DNA of 64,000 bases, from positions 7,690,001 through 7,754,000 of the forward strand of contig CM075988.1 in assembly GCA_038087875.1 (NCBI GenBank). Direction: 5' to 3'. The notes below the pieces were generated by a model. The model ran no database searches. It worked only from the letters and a program-made list of their open reading frames with translations, and was not told where the DNA came from. Each line of letters starts with the position of its first letter. Position 1 is the first letter of the stretch. Source of the stretch: Malacoraja senta (taxonomy: Eukaryota). Positions 1 through 13,007 of this stretch are shown in pieces. The translations under genes were made by a program, and so were the position numbers.

Positions 1-1266
1 CAGCTGCATATCTACTGGTGTCAAACAGTCAATGTAACGCCATAAGTGAGGTTACTTTCACCACATCTCATTGCCTCCATTCTTTAATGTGCAGTAAATA
101 TCTTGGATTCATTCATTTCTTTCCCCTCACACCCACTCACTCTTATATATCTGAACCTTTAAAATTCTCGTCTGTGATTTTGAGTCCCTCAATACCTTCT
201 GTAATCCCTTCTAACCCACCAGGAGCTTAATGCTTTTCCTATTCCAAGACTTCAATCATTTCAATGTTGGTGGATGTGTCTTCAGCTGTCAAGAACTGAA
301 CTCTGTTATTCCTTTACAAACCTTTCCACTTTATTGTGCAAGACAACCTACATTTCTTTCGGTGCCAAATTTTGATTGATAACGCTTTTGAGGAGCACCT
401 TGGGACCTGTTGCTACTTTAAAGTTGCTATATAAATGATGATGGTAGTTATTAAGCAGGCAGAGTTGGCAGTGTTAGTGAAAATTGTCAATCACTACTGA
501 GCTATCAAAGTGTAAATGGAAGTAGATGAATGAGGACAGGGAAGAGAAGAAAAAAACATTGTTGGAACAGTGAGATACAGAACAGTTCGTGCATATCCAA
601 ACTTCGTGAGAACCATGGAAATTCTGGTTGTGTCAATCACTCTCTATTCATCTCCAACCTCTTAGGGATATTCCCTCTGCTTCCCCTGCCCCTCTTCTCT
701 ACAACTTAAAACTTCTTTGATTTCTAATATTCCTGGTTCTGGTTGAAAAGTCTTCAACATGAAGTGTTTGCATTGTCTATCCCTCCATCCATGCTGCCTG
801 ACCTGCTAGTTCCTAATTTCTAATTTTATTTCATGACCTACTTATTGGATGTGAGGTTTTACCATTTGACGTGCTGTGTAGCTTTATAAGAACACCAATT
901 ACATTTTGCATTAACACCATATAAAGGTGTCCACAATGTTTCCGTCACTGCTATTAGCTGTGCTTTTGATAAGGTCTTGTTATGGACCATGGAAGAGTAC
1001 AGCACAGGAACAGGACCTTTGGCCCACAGTGTCTGTGAAGAACATGATGTCAGGATGAGCTAATCTCACTTGCCTGCACATGCTCCATAGCCTACCATTC
1101 CGTGTAGGTGCGAGTCTATCCGAAAGTCATGATCACATCAGTTACTTATGCTGTCACATTGTGCGACTGCTAATATTGAGACACAGGCTACTCCAAAGTT
1201 CATGGGTTTGTGTATAGTGTTATTGGTATGTCGAGGGGGGTTTGTGTGAATTTTAACTTCAATGAA

Positions 1267-1578
1267 GGGGCAGCACAGTGATACAGCGTTAGAGTTGCTA
1301 TGCAGCGCCAGACATTGCAGTGCCAGAGGCCCCGGTTCAATCCTGACTATGGGTGCTGTCCATACGGAGTTTGTACGTTCTCACTGTGATCAAGTGGGTT
1401 TACTCCGGGTGCTTCGGTTTCCGCCCACACTCCAAAGTCATACACGTTTGTATGTTAATTTGGCTTCGGTAAAATTGTAAATTGTCCTTCGTGTGTAGGA
1501 TAATGTTAGTGTACGGGGTGATCGCTGGTCGGCGCGGACTCGGTGGGGCGGAGGGCCTGTTTCCGCACCATTTCTAAA
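1267..1578 (+). mobile_element. tRNA-derived SINE (HE1/V-SINE-like)
   Basis: B box ggttcaatcc, core ggagtttgtacgttctc...cccacactccaaag, and a CR1-like tail. Confidence 0.85.
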
Positions 1579-1581
1579 GTT

Positions 1582-2397
1582 CCGGAAGTGGCGGCGCTGC
1601 CAAGCAGCTGCGGCTCGCCTGCAGTCAGTCTGTCTTTCCCTTTTTTTGTTTTATTTTGTCTTGTTAGATGTATGTTTTAGTTTATTTTTAGTTATGTATG
1701 TGTGGGGGGGTGGGGGAAACTTTTTTTAACCTCTTCCTTCAACGGGGATGCGACCTTTTCTTTGTCGTATCTCAGTCTCCGTCTGCGCTGAGGCCTAATA
1801 TCGTGGAGCTGGCGGCCTCCAACTGGAACCGACCTCGAGGCTCCGGTGCCAGAGCCTGTGGACTCACCATCGCGAAGCTGGCCGACTTCGGGGCTGTGGT
1901 GGCGCTGTGGCTGCGGCCCGACTTCAGAGCTTCGGAGGCTTCGGCCGCGGGCCCTGTGGACGGTAACATCGGGAGCTCGCAGGTCCCAGGTTGGTGACCG
2001 ATTCTCCGGAGCTCCCGCAACAACAGCTTCGTCCGCTGGACTGGAGGGTGGCAGCTTCGTCCGCCCCGGGCCGCGGAGTTTGAATTGGCCCGTTCGCGGA
2101 GCTTGGATTCGGCCACGGGACTTACCATCACCCGGCGGGGAGCCCAACATCGAAAGCCTGAGATCGCCTCAACGCAGAGGGAGAACAAGGAAGGAAGAGA
2201 CAAGGACTTTAAGACTTTTTGCCTTCCATCACAGTGAGGAGGTGCCTGGAGATTCACTGTGATGGATGTTTGTGTTAAACTGTGTTCATTCTGTGTTCTG
2301 GTGCGTTATTTTCTGTCATGACTGCAAGGTACACAATTTCGTTCAAACTAAAAGTTTGAACGACAATAAAGGAAACTCTAAACTCTAAAACTCTAAA
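1582..2397 (+). mobile_element. GC-rich non-autonomous retroelement (unclassified), inserted in a SINE tail
   Basis: Starts cggaagtggcggcg, followed by a T-rich tract, a G-run and a CpG-rich body. 3' end has a 13-bp stem (2225-2237/2254-2266), AATAAA and a (ctctaaa)n tail. No credible ORF. Confidence 0.65.
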
Positions 2398-2936
2398 GAA
2401 CTAGCTGCTCCTTTTTACCAAAGAGTGAAATTTAAAACGTAATCATTTTATAGACGCAAGTTCACAAACATTCTAAAGTGTCAATGAGGCTGCAAATTCC
2501 CACTTTTGTGGGATCTCATCGATCAGTTTTCCATCAACATATATGACTCAGTGCGCACTGGACCTATTAGATGATTTTTGAACATCTACCCATGCGTTTC
2601 ACCATTTTGTCAACATTACTATTTAAATGAGCTCATCTTATGAACATTTCTGATATTTGACCTGCCCAGTCCTAACATAGATTTAATTGAATCTCCTTTC
2701 TTGCCAGAAAAATGATTCCCCCTAATGAGGACTGAAAAGAAGGCAAGTCCAGCTGGTTGCAGCTGTTGGGTCAGAGATCATGAAGTCACCAAATTGACTT
2801 GGACAGCAACTTGAGCCCATGATGGAAAGCAGCAAAGACATGGATAACTTTTTAGTTGTAAATTAATTTAGTGTTGAGATAATATTCAGCAGAAATTCAT
2901 ACCTTTGCGCAACATTAAATCCATGTGTCCCGTTGG

Positions 2937-3236
2937 GGTGGCACGGTGGCAGTGCAATAGAGTTGCTGCCTTACAGCTCCAGAGACCTGGGTTCAGTCCT
3001 GACTATAGGTGCTGTGTGCACAGAGTTTGTACGTTCTCCCTGTGACCTGCGTGGGTTTTCCCTAGGAGCTCAGGTTTCCTCCCACACTCCAAAGACGTAC
3101 AGGTTTCACCATTGGCTTGGTAAAATTGTACATTGTCCCTAGTGTTTGCAGCATAGTGTTAATGTGTGAGGATCATTGGTCGGCGCGGACTCGGTGGGCT
3201 GAAGGGCCTGTTTCTGCGCTGTATCGCTAAACTAAG
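2937..3236 (+). mobile_element. tRNA-derived SINE (HE1/V-SINE-like)
   Basis: A/B boxes, V-like core and ctaaa tail. Confidence 0.85.
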
Positions 3237-3825
3237 CAAAGGTGTGATGTCCATTAGTTATGCCAGATACGTACAAAAATACTGTATATTTTCATGCATT
3301 CGTTAATTTGAGCTGGAATAAATAATGAGAACTGAGCAGAGTCAGCATGAATTTATGAAAAGGCAATTGTGTTTGGCACTTTCTTTAGGTTGTTGCTCAC
3401 AAAACAGGTCAGGGTGAACCATTGGATGTGATATATTTTGATTTTCAGAATGCCAATGAAGTGTCACGTATGGCTCTCGACCCGAAACGTCACCCATTCC
3501 TTCTCTAGAGATGCTGCCTTTCCCGCTGAGTTTCTCCAGTAAGCAGTAACCCATTGCAGTCCGCTTACTCCTCACAGCTTACTTTCCTACCTAACTTTGT
3601 ATTGCCAATAAACTGGGATATTTCACACTCTCTCCATTCTCCGTTATACACTGTGTGCAGGAAGCCTTGAACTGTGTACTTTCAAAGGTCATAAATTCTC
3701 CTTTCTACTCAGTTATCAAAGCCGTTTATAGTGATTTAGTACATGTTTTAGACGTCTGCAGTACGACTTCTGGTTGCCATCTTTATTTTATTTTGCATGC
3801 TGCTTATGTTAATTCCAGACATTTA

Positions 3826-4156
3826 AAGCCCTGTCCCACGGTACGAGTTCATTCCAAGAGCTCTCCCGAGTTTAAAAAAAAATCAAACTCGTGGTAAGCA
3901 CGGAGAATGAACGTAGCGGGTACGTCGGAGCTCGGGGACGTCTCTTAGTGGTTCATAACGCGAACAGCAGGTACTCGGGAAGACTCGCTAATGGCAGGTA
4001 AGCACGGGAAGACTCGTGAAGATTTTTCAACATGTTGAAAAATGTCCACGAGAGCCCCGAGTACCGACGGGTGGCCATTACCGTAAATCTCCGAGTTCGA
4101 ATCAGGGCAAACTCGGGAGAGCTCTTGGAATGAACTCGTACCGTGGGACAGGGCTA
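3826..4156. mobile_element. PIF/Harbinger-type MITE
   Basis: About 47-bp perfect TIR (agccctgtcccacggtacgagttcattccaagagctctcccgagttt); flanks TTA/TTG. Confidence 0.85.
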
Positions 4157-4164
4157 TTGTACAA

Positions 4165-4622
4165 AGCTTGGAGGAGCTATGGGGAGAGGTTGAGCAGGAT
4201 AGGACTCTATTCCCTGGAGCACAACAGGATAAGGGGTGATCTAATAGAGGTGTACAAAATCATGAGAAGAATAGATAGGGTAGACACACATAGTCTCTAA
4301 CCCAGAGCAGGGGAATCGAGAACCGGAGGACATCGGTTTAAGGTGAGGGGGGGGGGGGGGGGGGAATTTAATAGGAACCTGAAGGGTAACATTTTCACTC
4401 AAAGGGTGGTTGGTGTATGGAATGAGGTGCTTGAGGAGGTAGTTGAGGCAGGTGTCTTCACAATGTTTAGGAAACATTTAGACAGGTACATGGATAGGAC
4501 AAGTTTAGAGGGATATGGGCCAAACGCAGGTAGGTGGGACTAGTGTCGATGGGACATGTTGGGCGGTGGGGGCGATTTGGGCTGAAGGGCCTGTTTGTAC
4601 ACTGTAACATTCTATGACTCTA
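4165..4622 (+). mobile_element. CR1 3' fragment
   Basis: GLYSLE..R.RGDLIEVYKI, FTQRVVGVWNE, and a ctatgactct tail. Confidence 0.85.
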
Positions 4623-5087
4623 AGCAGTTTTGAACTAATTGGAAGGTTAATTCCTTGTGTTGCCCTAACCTGGAAATACAGGTTCATGGTGAAATCACCC
4701 AATTCTGCTGGTCCACAAAGATAATGGGCGGATATCATCAATAGAAGAAAGATGAAATGAAGTTGTAGATCTGTGGGAGCTTTCATGATCACACACCTAC
4801 AACAGACAATTTGTGTTAAAATGTTGTTATCTGTGAGCCAGGAAAACAAAAATTGGCAAATATTAAGTAAAAATGAGATTTTACAGTGGAATTAGGATAG
4901 ATGGGAGGTGTCCACTCTATAAACAGCAGTTTGTTTCGTAAGAAGGCATTGCCTGTAATCATGGGGAGAAAGTCAAGACTGTTGTCCCTGGAGTAAGCCC
5001 ATGTTTACAGTGAATTAGGTGGCTTTGCAATTGTGCTCTATGCCTCATAATTCTTGCCACCAAAGAGTTACTAAGTGAAATCTTATT

Positions 5088-5380
5088 TTAGTTTAGTTTC
5101 TCTTAGGGACACAGCACAGGAACAGGACTTTTGGCCCACCGAGTCCACCCCGACCAGCGATCCCCGCACACTATCCTACGCACTAGGAACAATTTTACCA
5201 AGCCAGTCAGCCTGGAAAATCAGCTATGTCTTTGCAATGTGGGAGAAAGTTGGAACACCTGGAGAAAACCCACGCAAGTCACGGGGAGAACGTGCAATAT
5301 CTTTACAGACAGCACTCATAGTCAGGATCGAACCGGGGTCTCTAGCTCTGTATGGCAGCAACACTACCACTGCGCATCCG
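5088..5380 (-). mobile_element. tRNA-derived SINE (HE1/V-SINE-like)
   Basis: Reverse complement of the same family. Confidence 0.8.
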
Positions 5381-5652
5381 TGCAGTAATTTGATTCTTCC
5401 AAAGCCAATCTCCCTTTGTAGTAATTATACTTTCAAAAGTAATTTAATTTTAATATTAACCAAGTTGGTCTGCTTCAAACACATTCTGTGATACCATATG
5501 AATCCAAATTAAGTTTCTTACTTTTTCCACTTTTCAGTAGATCTCTTCCTGGCCTGTGCAGAGTAGATCAATGTTGATGTAACCAACTCAAGGGAGCTGA
5601 GTAGATCAATATCCTTTTCTGAGATCAGGTAAAAAAGCTTTCAACGGCAAAG

Positions 5653-5935
5653 TGATTAAGAATAAGGGGTAGACCATTTAGGACTGAGATGAGGAAAAAC
5701 TTTTTCACCCAGAGAGTTGTGAATCTATGGAATTCTCTGCCACAGAAGGCAGTGGAAGCCAATTCACTGGATGTTCTCAAGATGGAGTTAGATTTTGCTC
5801 TTAGGACTAGGGGAATCAAGGGATATGGGGGGGAAAGCAGGAACGGGGTACTGATTTTGGATGATCAGCCATGATCATACTGAATGGCGGTGCTGGCTCG
5901 AACCTATTTCCTGCACCTATTTTCTATGTTTCTAT
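5653..5935 (+). mobile_element. CR1 3' end
   Basis: RKNFFTQRVVNLWNSLP and a ttctatgtttctatg tail. Confidence 0.85.
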
Positions 5936-6720
5936 GATGAGGGAAAGAGTTAACCTGCTCCATTTTGGCAGCATTGGAAGAATTCTGTGTGAGAAAGCTT
6001 TTCTTCTTTGTATCACAGTCTGTCTTTTCCTAGTAACTTGATACAGTTCTTGCTCCTGCACTGAGACTCGTCAGCTTGCTGACTGCTGAAGAAATCTCCA
6101 TTTGTTCAACAGAAGTAGTCCTATGTTGTCCCATGTGCCTCTGACCAATCTCTGCAAAAAAAATGGTGTCTTCTGGCTGCCTGCTAAATGCTTCTCCTTG
6201 AGGAAGAGTTGGGTTTCGTGAACGACTCGGGGGGGAGCAGACATTTTCTGTTTTCGTTTTTTTTAAGAGAAATGACCTCTGGGTCATTGCTTCATTTCTG
6301 CAAGTCAGCAGAATGCACTGATTATTTGTCTTGCAGGCAGCTAATGAAATATGCAGCTACTTTTTCTCCCATTTAATTCCCCTTGGCAATTGGCAGTACA
6401 CTTACAAAAGATTAATTAGCAGGGCTGTTGGGGAAAAAAAGCAAGCTAATAGAAATGTTTGTCGAACTCTTTCACTTCCAGGCCGGGCTGAATGGTCTCC
6501 TGTGCTGGGTGATTCTTTCAGTTGGTGTATCGTAAAGAAAAATGATGGAGATTCTGGTTTGTAAATTGAGGAAATGTTAATCAGTTTTCCAGGTTGAAGA
6601 AACAAAGAACTGCAGATGCAGATTTACAATAAAAGACACAAAGTGCTGGAGAATCAGTGGGTCAAGCAGCATATCCGGAGAACATGGATGTGTTATACAG
6701 GTTGTTTGTGTCATACTCAT

Positions 6721-7520
6721 AGCAAGGCTTTTGATATGGTCCCACATGGTAGGTTGCTCTGGAAGGTTAGATCACACTGGATCCAGGGAGAGCTAGACAA
6801 CTAGGTATAGAATGGAAGCAGAGTGATGGTGGAGGTTTGCATTTTTGGACTAGAGGCCTATGACTAGTGGTGTGCCTTAGGGTTCGGTGCTGGGCCCATT
6901 ACTGTTTGTGGTTTATGTCAAAGATTTTGATGAGAATATATAAGGCATGATTAGTACGTTTGCAGATGACACCAAAGTAGGTGGCATCATAGATAGCGAA
7001 AATGATAATTAAAATTTCTAATAGGATCTTGATCAGTTGGGCAGGTGAGCTGAGGAATTGTGAATGGAGTTTAATACAGATAAGTGTGAGGTGTTGCCGT
7101 TTGGGAAGTCAAATCAGGGCAGGATTTTCACAGTGAATGAAAGAGTTGTAGGGAGTGTTGTAGAGCAGAGGGAACGATGAGTGCCGGTACATAGTTCCTT
7201 GAAAGATACCTCATAAGTAGATAGGGTGGTCAAAAAGCCTTTTGGCACATTGGACTATATCAGTCAGCATATTGATTATAAAAGTTGGGATATTATTTTA
7301 CTGTTGTACTAGACATTCTGAGTTCGCATTTGGAGTATTGTCTCCAGTTTTGATCACCCTGTTTATAGAAAAGATGTTGTTAAGCTGGAAAGGGTGCAGA
7401 GAAGATGCCCGAGGATGTTGCCAGGAATCGAGGGCCTGAGCCATAGAGAGAGTTTGGGCAGGTTAGGGCTTTATTCCTTGGAGTACAGGAAGATGAGGGG
7501 TGATCTTATAATGGTGTATA
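6721..7520 (+). mobile_element. Degenerate CR1 RT fragment
   Basis: SKAFDMVPHGRLL, GV..GSVLGPLLF and FADDTK remnants. Confidence 0.85.
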
Positions 7521-8023
7521 CGCTGATTAGGGGATTCTGGACTATTGAGAAGTAAATTGATGCTACGACCAATGATGGCTTCTGTGGTCTTGCTTATGAT
7601 TGAAGGTGGGCTTATAGGAAAAAAATTAGCTGGATGATTTTTTTGTGAACAAAATATATCTATGGTCAATGTTCTGAATGCCTCCATTTCCAGATACTGG
7701 AAGGAGGTGGTCCCAAGTGCAATCCTTGTCTCAGTGGTGGTGGTGCCCAGTAGGCAAGTGCCAGATATATTTATATTTGCAACTAGCTTTGGCCAGAAGT
7801 GCCAAGGAAATTGTCCAACGCTGTCACTTACTGAGAGGTGCTAATCTCACAATAGGCAGTAATTAGACCATTTGATTCACACCACATGCTCTCAATAAAC
7901 AGCTCGGAGCACTGGATACATCAAACCCCGTGCGACCAAATAACATCCTGGATGTAGCATGGACAATTTATATTCTGGACTGGATTTCATCTGTACATTA
8001 AGCCAGGCAATATGCAACAGTTG

Positions 8024-8469
8024 TAGAAACATAGAAAATAGGTACAGGAGGCCATTCGGCCATTCGAGCCAGCACCGCCATTCAATATGATCATGGCTGA
8101 TCATCCAAAATCAGTACCCCGTTCCTGCTTTCTCCCCATATCCCTTGATTCTGTTTGCCCCAAGAGCTATATCTAACTCTCTCTTGAAAACATCCAGTGA
8201 ATTGGTATCCACTGCCTTCTGTGGCAGAGAATTCCACAGATTCACAACTCTCTGGGTGAAAAAGTTTATCCCAGTCCTAAATGGCCTTAAACTGTGACCC
8301 CTGGTTCTGGACTCCCCTAACATTGGGAACATTTTTTCTGCATCTAGCCTGCCCAATCCCTTAAGTATTTTATATGATTCCATAGGATCCCCTCTCATCC
8401 TTCTAAATTCCAGTAAATATAAGCCCATTCGATCCATTCTTTCATCACATGTCAGTCCTGCCATCGCTG
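8024..8469 (-). mobile_element. CR1 3' fragment
   Basis: GLYLLEFRRMRGD...FFTQRVVNLWNSLP on the - strand. Confidence 0.85.
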
Positions 8470-8860
8470 GAAGTGATATGGCAAGTGATATGGCAATACA
8501 GGCGAGGGGGTGGGGGTTGATAGGCTGATGGTTGGATGAAAAGACAAAAAAGACAAAATGTGTGAAATTAGGAGATAAGGATAGAAACGCAAAATGTGAA
8601 GCAAGAGGAACAAATACAGATGGATGGGAACGGGAATGGGGGGGGTTTGTTGGGGGGAAAGGAGGGGAAAGCTGGGCCATCCAGATGGGACAGAGAAGAG
8701 AGGGGGAGAAAGGAGGGGGGAGGGGGTATTCATAGGCTAATGATTTAAAATGAGGGAATTCAATGTTCATACTGTTTAGTTGTACACTACCTAGCGGAAT
8801 ATGAGATGCTGTTCATCCAGTTTGCGTATGGCCGCACTCTGGCAATGGAAGAGGCCTGCT
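8470..8860 (-). mobile_element. Penelope-like 3' fragment
   Basis: gaattcaatgttca...gagatgctgttc...ctctggcaatgga is homologous to the reverse complement of 29700-29800. Confidence 0.7.
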
Positions 8861-10534
8861 CTCCAGTTGCTGATAGGGGCCATTCTTTGGAAAGTGAACC
8901 AAAATGTCACACACGTTACCAAATGGCATCACATAAAATAATACTTTAAAAAATTATTGTAAGAGATTGATCTTATTCATTGCTATTTTCCTACCTACAG
9001 AACTATAATGCATGTCTGCTAAAGATATGAACATTCTAGCTTTTTGAAAATTCACAAGAGTTTGTAAGATAAAACTGAGTTATGAAAAAAATGCTTCCGT
9101 GGGCAGCCACACACGTGACCAGTCGTATTTGCCACGACTTTTCATATTTTTGGTCACACACGCGATGAAGAATGGGCCACAGGATGGTTCCGTTGCCTGA
9201 TAACAGTTCAATTACTGAAATTTGTGACTAATTCTTTCTCCCTGGTTGAGAAGCATGTGTTTGGGCTGTGGTGAAAGTTCTGTAACACAGAAGTCTGAAA
9301 ACACACAGCTCTGAATTCAGGGACAGTTTCTTCCCAGCTGTTATCGGGCAATTTAACCATCCTATCACCAACTAGACGGCGGTCCTGAGCTACCATCTAC
9401 CTCATTGGTCCTCGGACTATCTTTAGTTGGATTTTACTGGACACTATCTTACACTAAATGTTATACCCTTTGGCCTATATCTGTACACAGTGGACGGCTT
9501 TTTTGTAATCTTGTTTTCATTGACTGAATATCACCCAACAAGAAAGCTTTTCACTGTGCCTCGGTGCACGTGACAATAAACTAAACTAAGCAGATGGGTC
9601 AACTCTGCTGCATGGATGCTATCACCTGGCTTTTTAAACATGGAAGGGTATCACAGCTACATCTAATTTTCCCCTTGAAGTACTTGCTTCTAGCAAGGGT
9701 GGTTGTGTTTTTTTCTCCTTCCCGTGCTTGGTCCAAACATCTTGAAGTTAATTGTACAGCCACCATTCAGGTTGAGATGAGCCAGCTGAACACAGGAACT
9801 GAGCCTGGGATCTCCCTGATCTACTGTATGTTGGTTTGATATGAAACCATGCAGTATATCAGGGAACAATAAGGGCTATTCACCTCGTTTGTTTGACATT
9901 TTTATTGTTTTTTATCAGTAATGGGAGCTATAAACCGCATGGAATTTTATAAATTATGTGTCAGGCCTGTGCTGCTATGTGATAAATGGCTACACTGATA
10001 AGGATGAATGGCTAACTCAGGAGCAATGTAGACTCTGATCGTTTTTGGTTTGCTTCATAACGAGAAACTCACTTTTTCCACACTGACTCTGAAACAGTTT
10101 TTCAAATGGTTAAAAAGGACAATTATATTAATGAGTTTAATTCACCTCTAGAATGTTAAAAAGTGATGGTTTCAGATCAGAAGCTGTGAATAGTGCAGGG
10201 TGTCCAGATTCTGAAAAATGAAATGAAGCTATGAGACAGCAGTAAGCTAGAGGCCTTTGTAGTTATAAAGTACATTAAAACCGATAGTTAATTTGTGTAC
10301 AACCAGATCTAACAATGCTAGAGGTAATGAACAGGTCTTTCTGTTTAGTATTCCTGGAGTGAGAAATATTAGCCATGGTACGGTGAGAGAATGACTGCAC
10401 TGTTTCAAAACAGTGGCAGAATTTTTGAAATCTGTGTGAGAGGAATGTTGAGTGTCTCAGTTTGTGGTAAACTGCAAAAATAGTAATAGTTGTTCAACAG
10501 AGCAGCTGACTGAATCATGTGCAAATCTCCATTG

Positions 10535-10937
10535 TTAGCCGGTACTGCTGCTGCCTCACAACATCAGAGACCCGGGTTCAACCCTGACCTTGGGTGCTGT
10601 CTGTGTAGAGTTTGCATTTTCTCCGTGTGCTCCAGTTTTCCTCCCCATTTCAAAGACGTGTGGGTTTGTAGGTTAATTGGCCTCTGTAAATTGTCCCTAT
10701 TGTGTTAGTGAGTGGATGAATGTGAGAATTAATATAAAATCACTGAATCATGAAAGATTCAGCATCAAAACAGGTCCATCGGCCCTACACTGACTATTGA
10801 TCTCCCGTCCACACGAATTCTATATTATCCCACTTTCTCATCTACTCACTCACACACTAGAGGACAATTTACAGAAGCCAATTAACCTACAACCAGCATG
10901 TCTTTGGCATGTGGGAGGAGACCGGAGCACCTGGAGG
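10535..10937. mobile_element. Two partial SINEs tail to tail
   Basis: + copy at about 10535-10720 and - copy at about 10750-10937. Confidence 0.7.
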
Positions 10938-11504
10938 TCAGTGATGACAGACCTTGGAACAGGAACCTTGCACTTTGCATTATATTTTAAGGTCATGCTT
11001 TAAACAAAATATGTAGCTCTGGATCAGTTCCTGAAGGAAAATACCACTTTACAAAACATGGTCCAATGGTGCTTTGTTGTCACGTGTGCAAAGTCGCAGT
11101 GAAATTATTTTCTTACAAACAGTCCAGGTGAGTAATGCCGTACTCATGCACATTCTGATTAGCAAAGTGTTAAGAAATTGTCCACGGAGCCCGCATGCAA
11201 GACGTGCCACGTTTTCACACCATTTTCAAAGTCCAGTCTGCGCTCTGGTTCTTACAAGCGGTGCCCGGTCCAGGCAAGCCCCAGGCTGCTGCGGGCCTCC
11301 AGGCCCTGTTGCCTTCCTTGGTCATGTGGCTCGACCTGCGAACCGAGGTCCCTCTCCACTTGGTGGCTTCTCCCCTACATACAGCAGCCCGTCGGGTCTT
11401 AGTGCGTCCGGCTGCTGGGGACAAGCAGGGGCCGGAACAACGGTTTCTTACCAACATTAAATAAATGACCCAAGTTGTGCACTATGTTCAATCTATATGA
11501 AGAT

Positions 11505-11793
11505 ATTGCGCCGCTGTAGGAGTTCTGAATCAGCAGTGTAAGGACTGTCTATTTACTGCACTATATGGTGTTTGTATGCTTTCCCTGTGACCACGTGGGT
11601 TTTCTCCAGTTGCTCCTGTTTCCTCCCACACTCCACACACTACGTGCAGGTTTGTAGCTTATTTGGCTTCTGTAAATTGCAAATTGTTCTTAATGTGTAG
11701 GATAGTGCTAGTGTACGGGGTAATTACTGGTCGGCACAGATTTGGTTAGCTGAAGAACCTGTTTCCATGCTGTATCTCTAAAGTCTAAAGTCT
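11505..11793 (+). mobile_element. tRNA-derived SINE (HE1/V-SINE-like)
   Basis: Core and (ctaaagt)n tail. Confidence 0.75.
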
Positions 11794-12488
11794 ACAGGCC
11801 AGTCTTTCACTCTCAGCAGAGTGCCCTTTATGGGGTTGAGGGCCTTGGAATACACTTTGAAGGTAACTGATGACACTCTCTCTCCCAACTTCTGGGACAT
11901 GGCAGTGGGATTCTCATCAGAACTTCCCAATGGAATTCTGCTTTCAATCCAAGGAATCTCACTGACAACAGTGTCTCTAAGGGCGAGTCTTTGAATCCTT
12001 GCCTTATATGTAGCCGATGCCTGAGGCCTCCAGGTATGTGTGTAGCAGCCAGTGTGTGAGGAATACCTGAGCCACTTCATATCAGACCATCAAACATCGT
12101 GAGGATTAGAATCAGTTTTCATTACCTTTCACAAGGCATTTGAACTAGCCTTTCAGGAACCCAAGCAAAACACAAAGCTACAAAGTACTGGGATAATTCA
12201 ATGGGTCAGGCAGCATCTCTGGAGAAAATGGATGAAAATGTTTAGTGATGAGGAACTGTGAATGAGCAAAGAATGTGGGTACTTATGACGACAAATCATA
12301 AAAAGGTGGTGGGTGGTATTGATTTTATTATTGTCATATGCACCAAGAAACAGATAAAAGTTTTTTGTTAGTGTGCTATCCAATTAAATCTGATCATACC
12401 ACCCATGAGTACAATCCAGCCACACACAAGTGCAGCAGGGGGTGCAAAGAGTGCGGAAATATAGTTTACAGCTTTGTAGCGTATACAT

Positions 12489-13007
12489 TCATGAGGGGAA
12501 TAGATAGGCTGTATCCACAGAATCTCTTGCCCAGAGTAGGTGAATCGAGGACCAGAGGACATAGGTTTAAGGTGAAGGGGAATAGATTTAAAAGGAATCC
12601 GAGGGGTAAATTGTTCATACAAAGGGTAGTGGGTGTATGGAACAAGCTGCCAGAGGAGGTAGTTGAGGCAGGGACTATCCCAACATTTAAGAAACAGTTA
12701 GACAGATAATAATAATAATAATAATAGATTTTATTTATATAGCGCTTTTCAGGACTCAAAGTCGCTTTACATTGAGAGTCAAGAATAAACAAAACAAAAT
12801 AGAGCAGTAAGACAGAGATGCAAAGTGGAGGGGAACATGGGACTAAGGGTATGCAGAGGTGAAGAGATGCATGGTACATGGATAGGACAGGTTTGGAGGG
12901 ATATAGACCAAACGCCGGCAGTATGACTAGTGTAGCTGGGAAATGTTTGCCGGTGTGGGCAAGTTGGGCCGAATTGCTTGTTTCCACACTGTATCACTCA
13001 ATGACTT
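12489..13007 (+). mobile_element. CR1 3' fragment interrupted by an L2 tail
   Basis: TRGHRFKVKG..QRVVGVWNKLP; resumes at ggtacatggatagg near 12872. Confidence 0.8.
12706..12871 (-). mobile_element. L2-type LINE 3' end with (TTA)n tail
   Basis: - strand reads tgtaaagcgactttgagtcctgaaaagcgctatataaataaaatctattattatt, a typical L2 tail. Confidence 0.75.

Noticed and set aside
1692..2262. Overlapping 99-161 aa ORFs on both strands
   Set aside because: GC-rich repeat sequence is poor in stop codons; no recognisable domain or splice structure.
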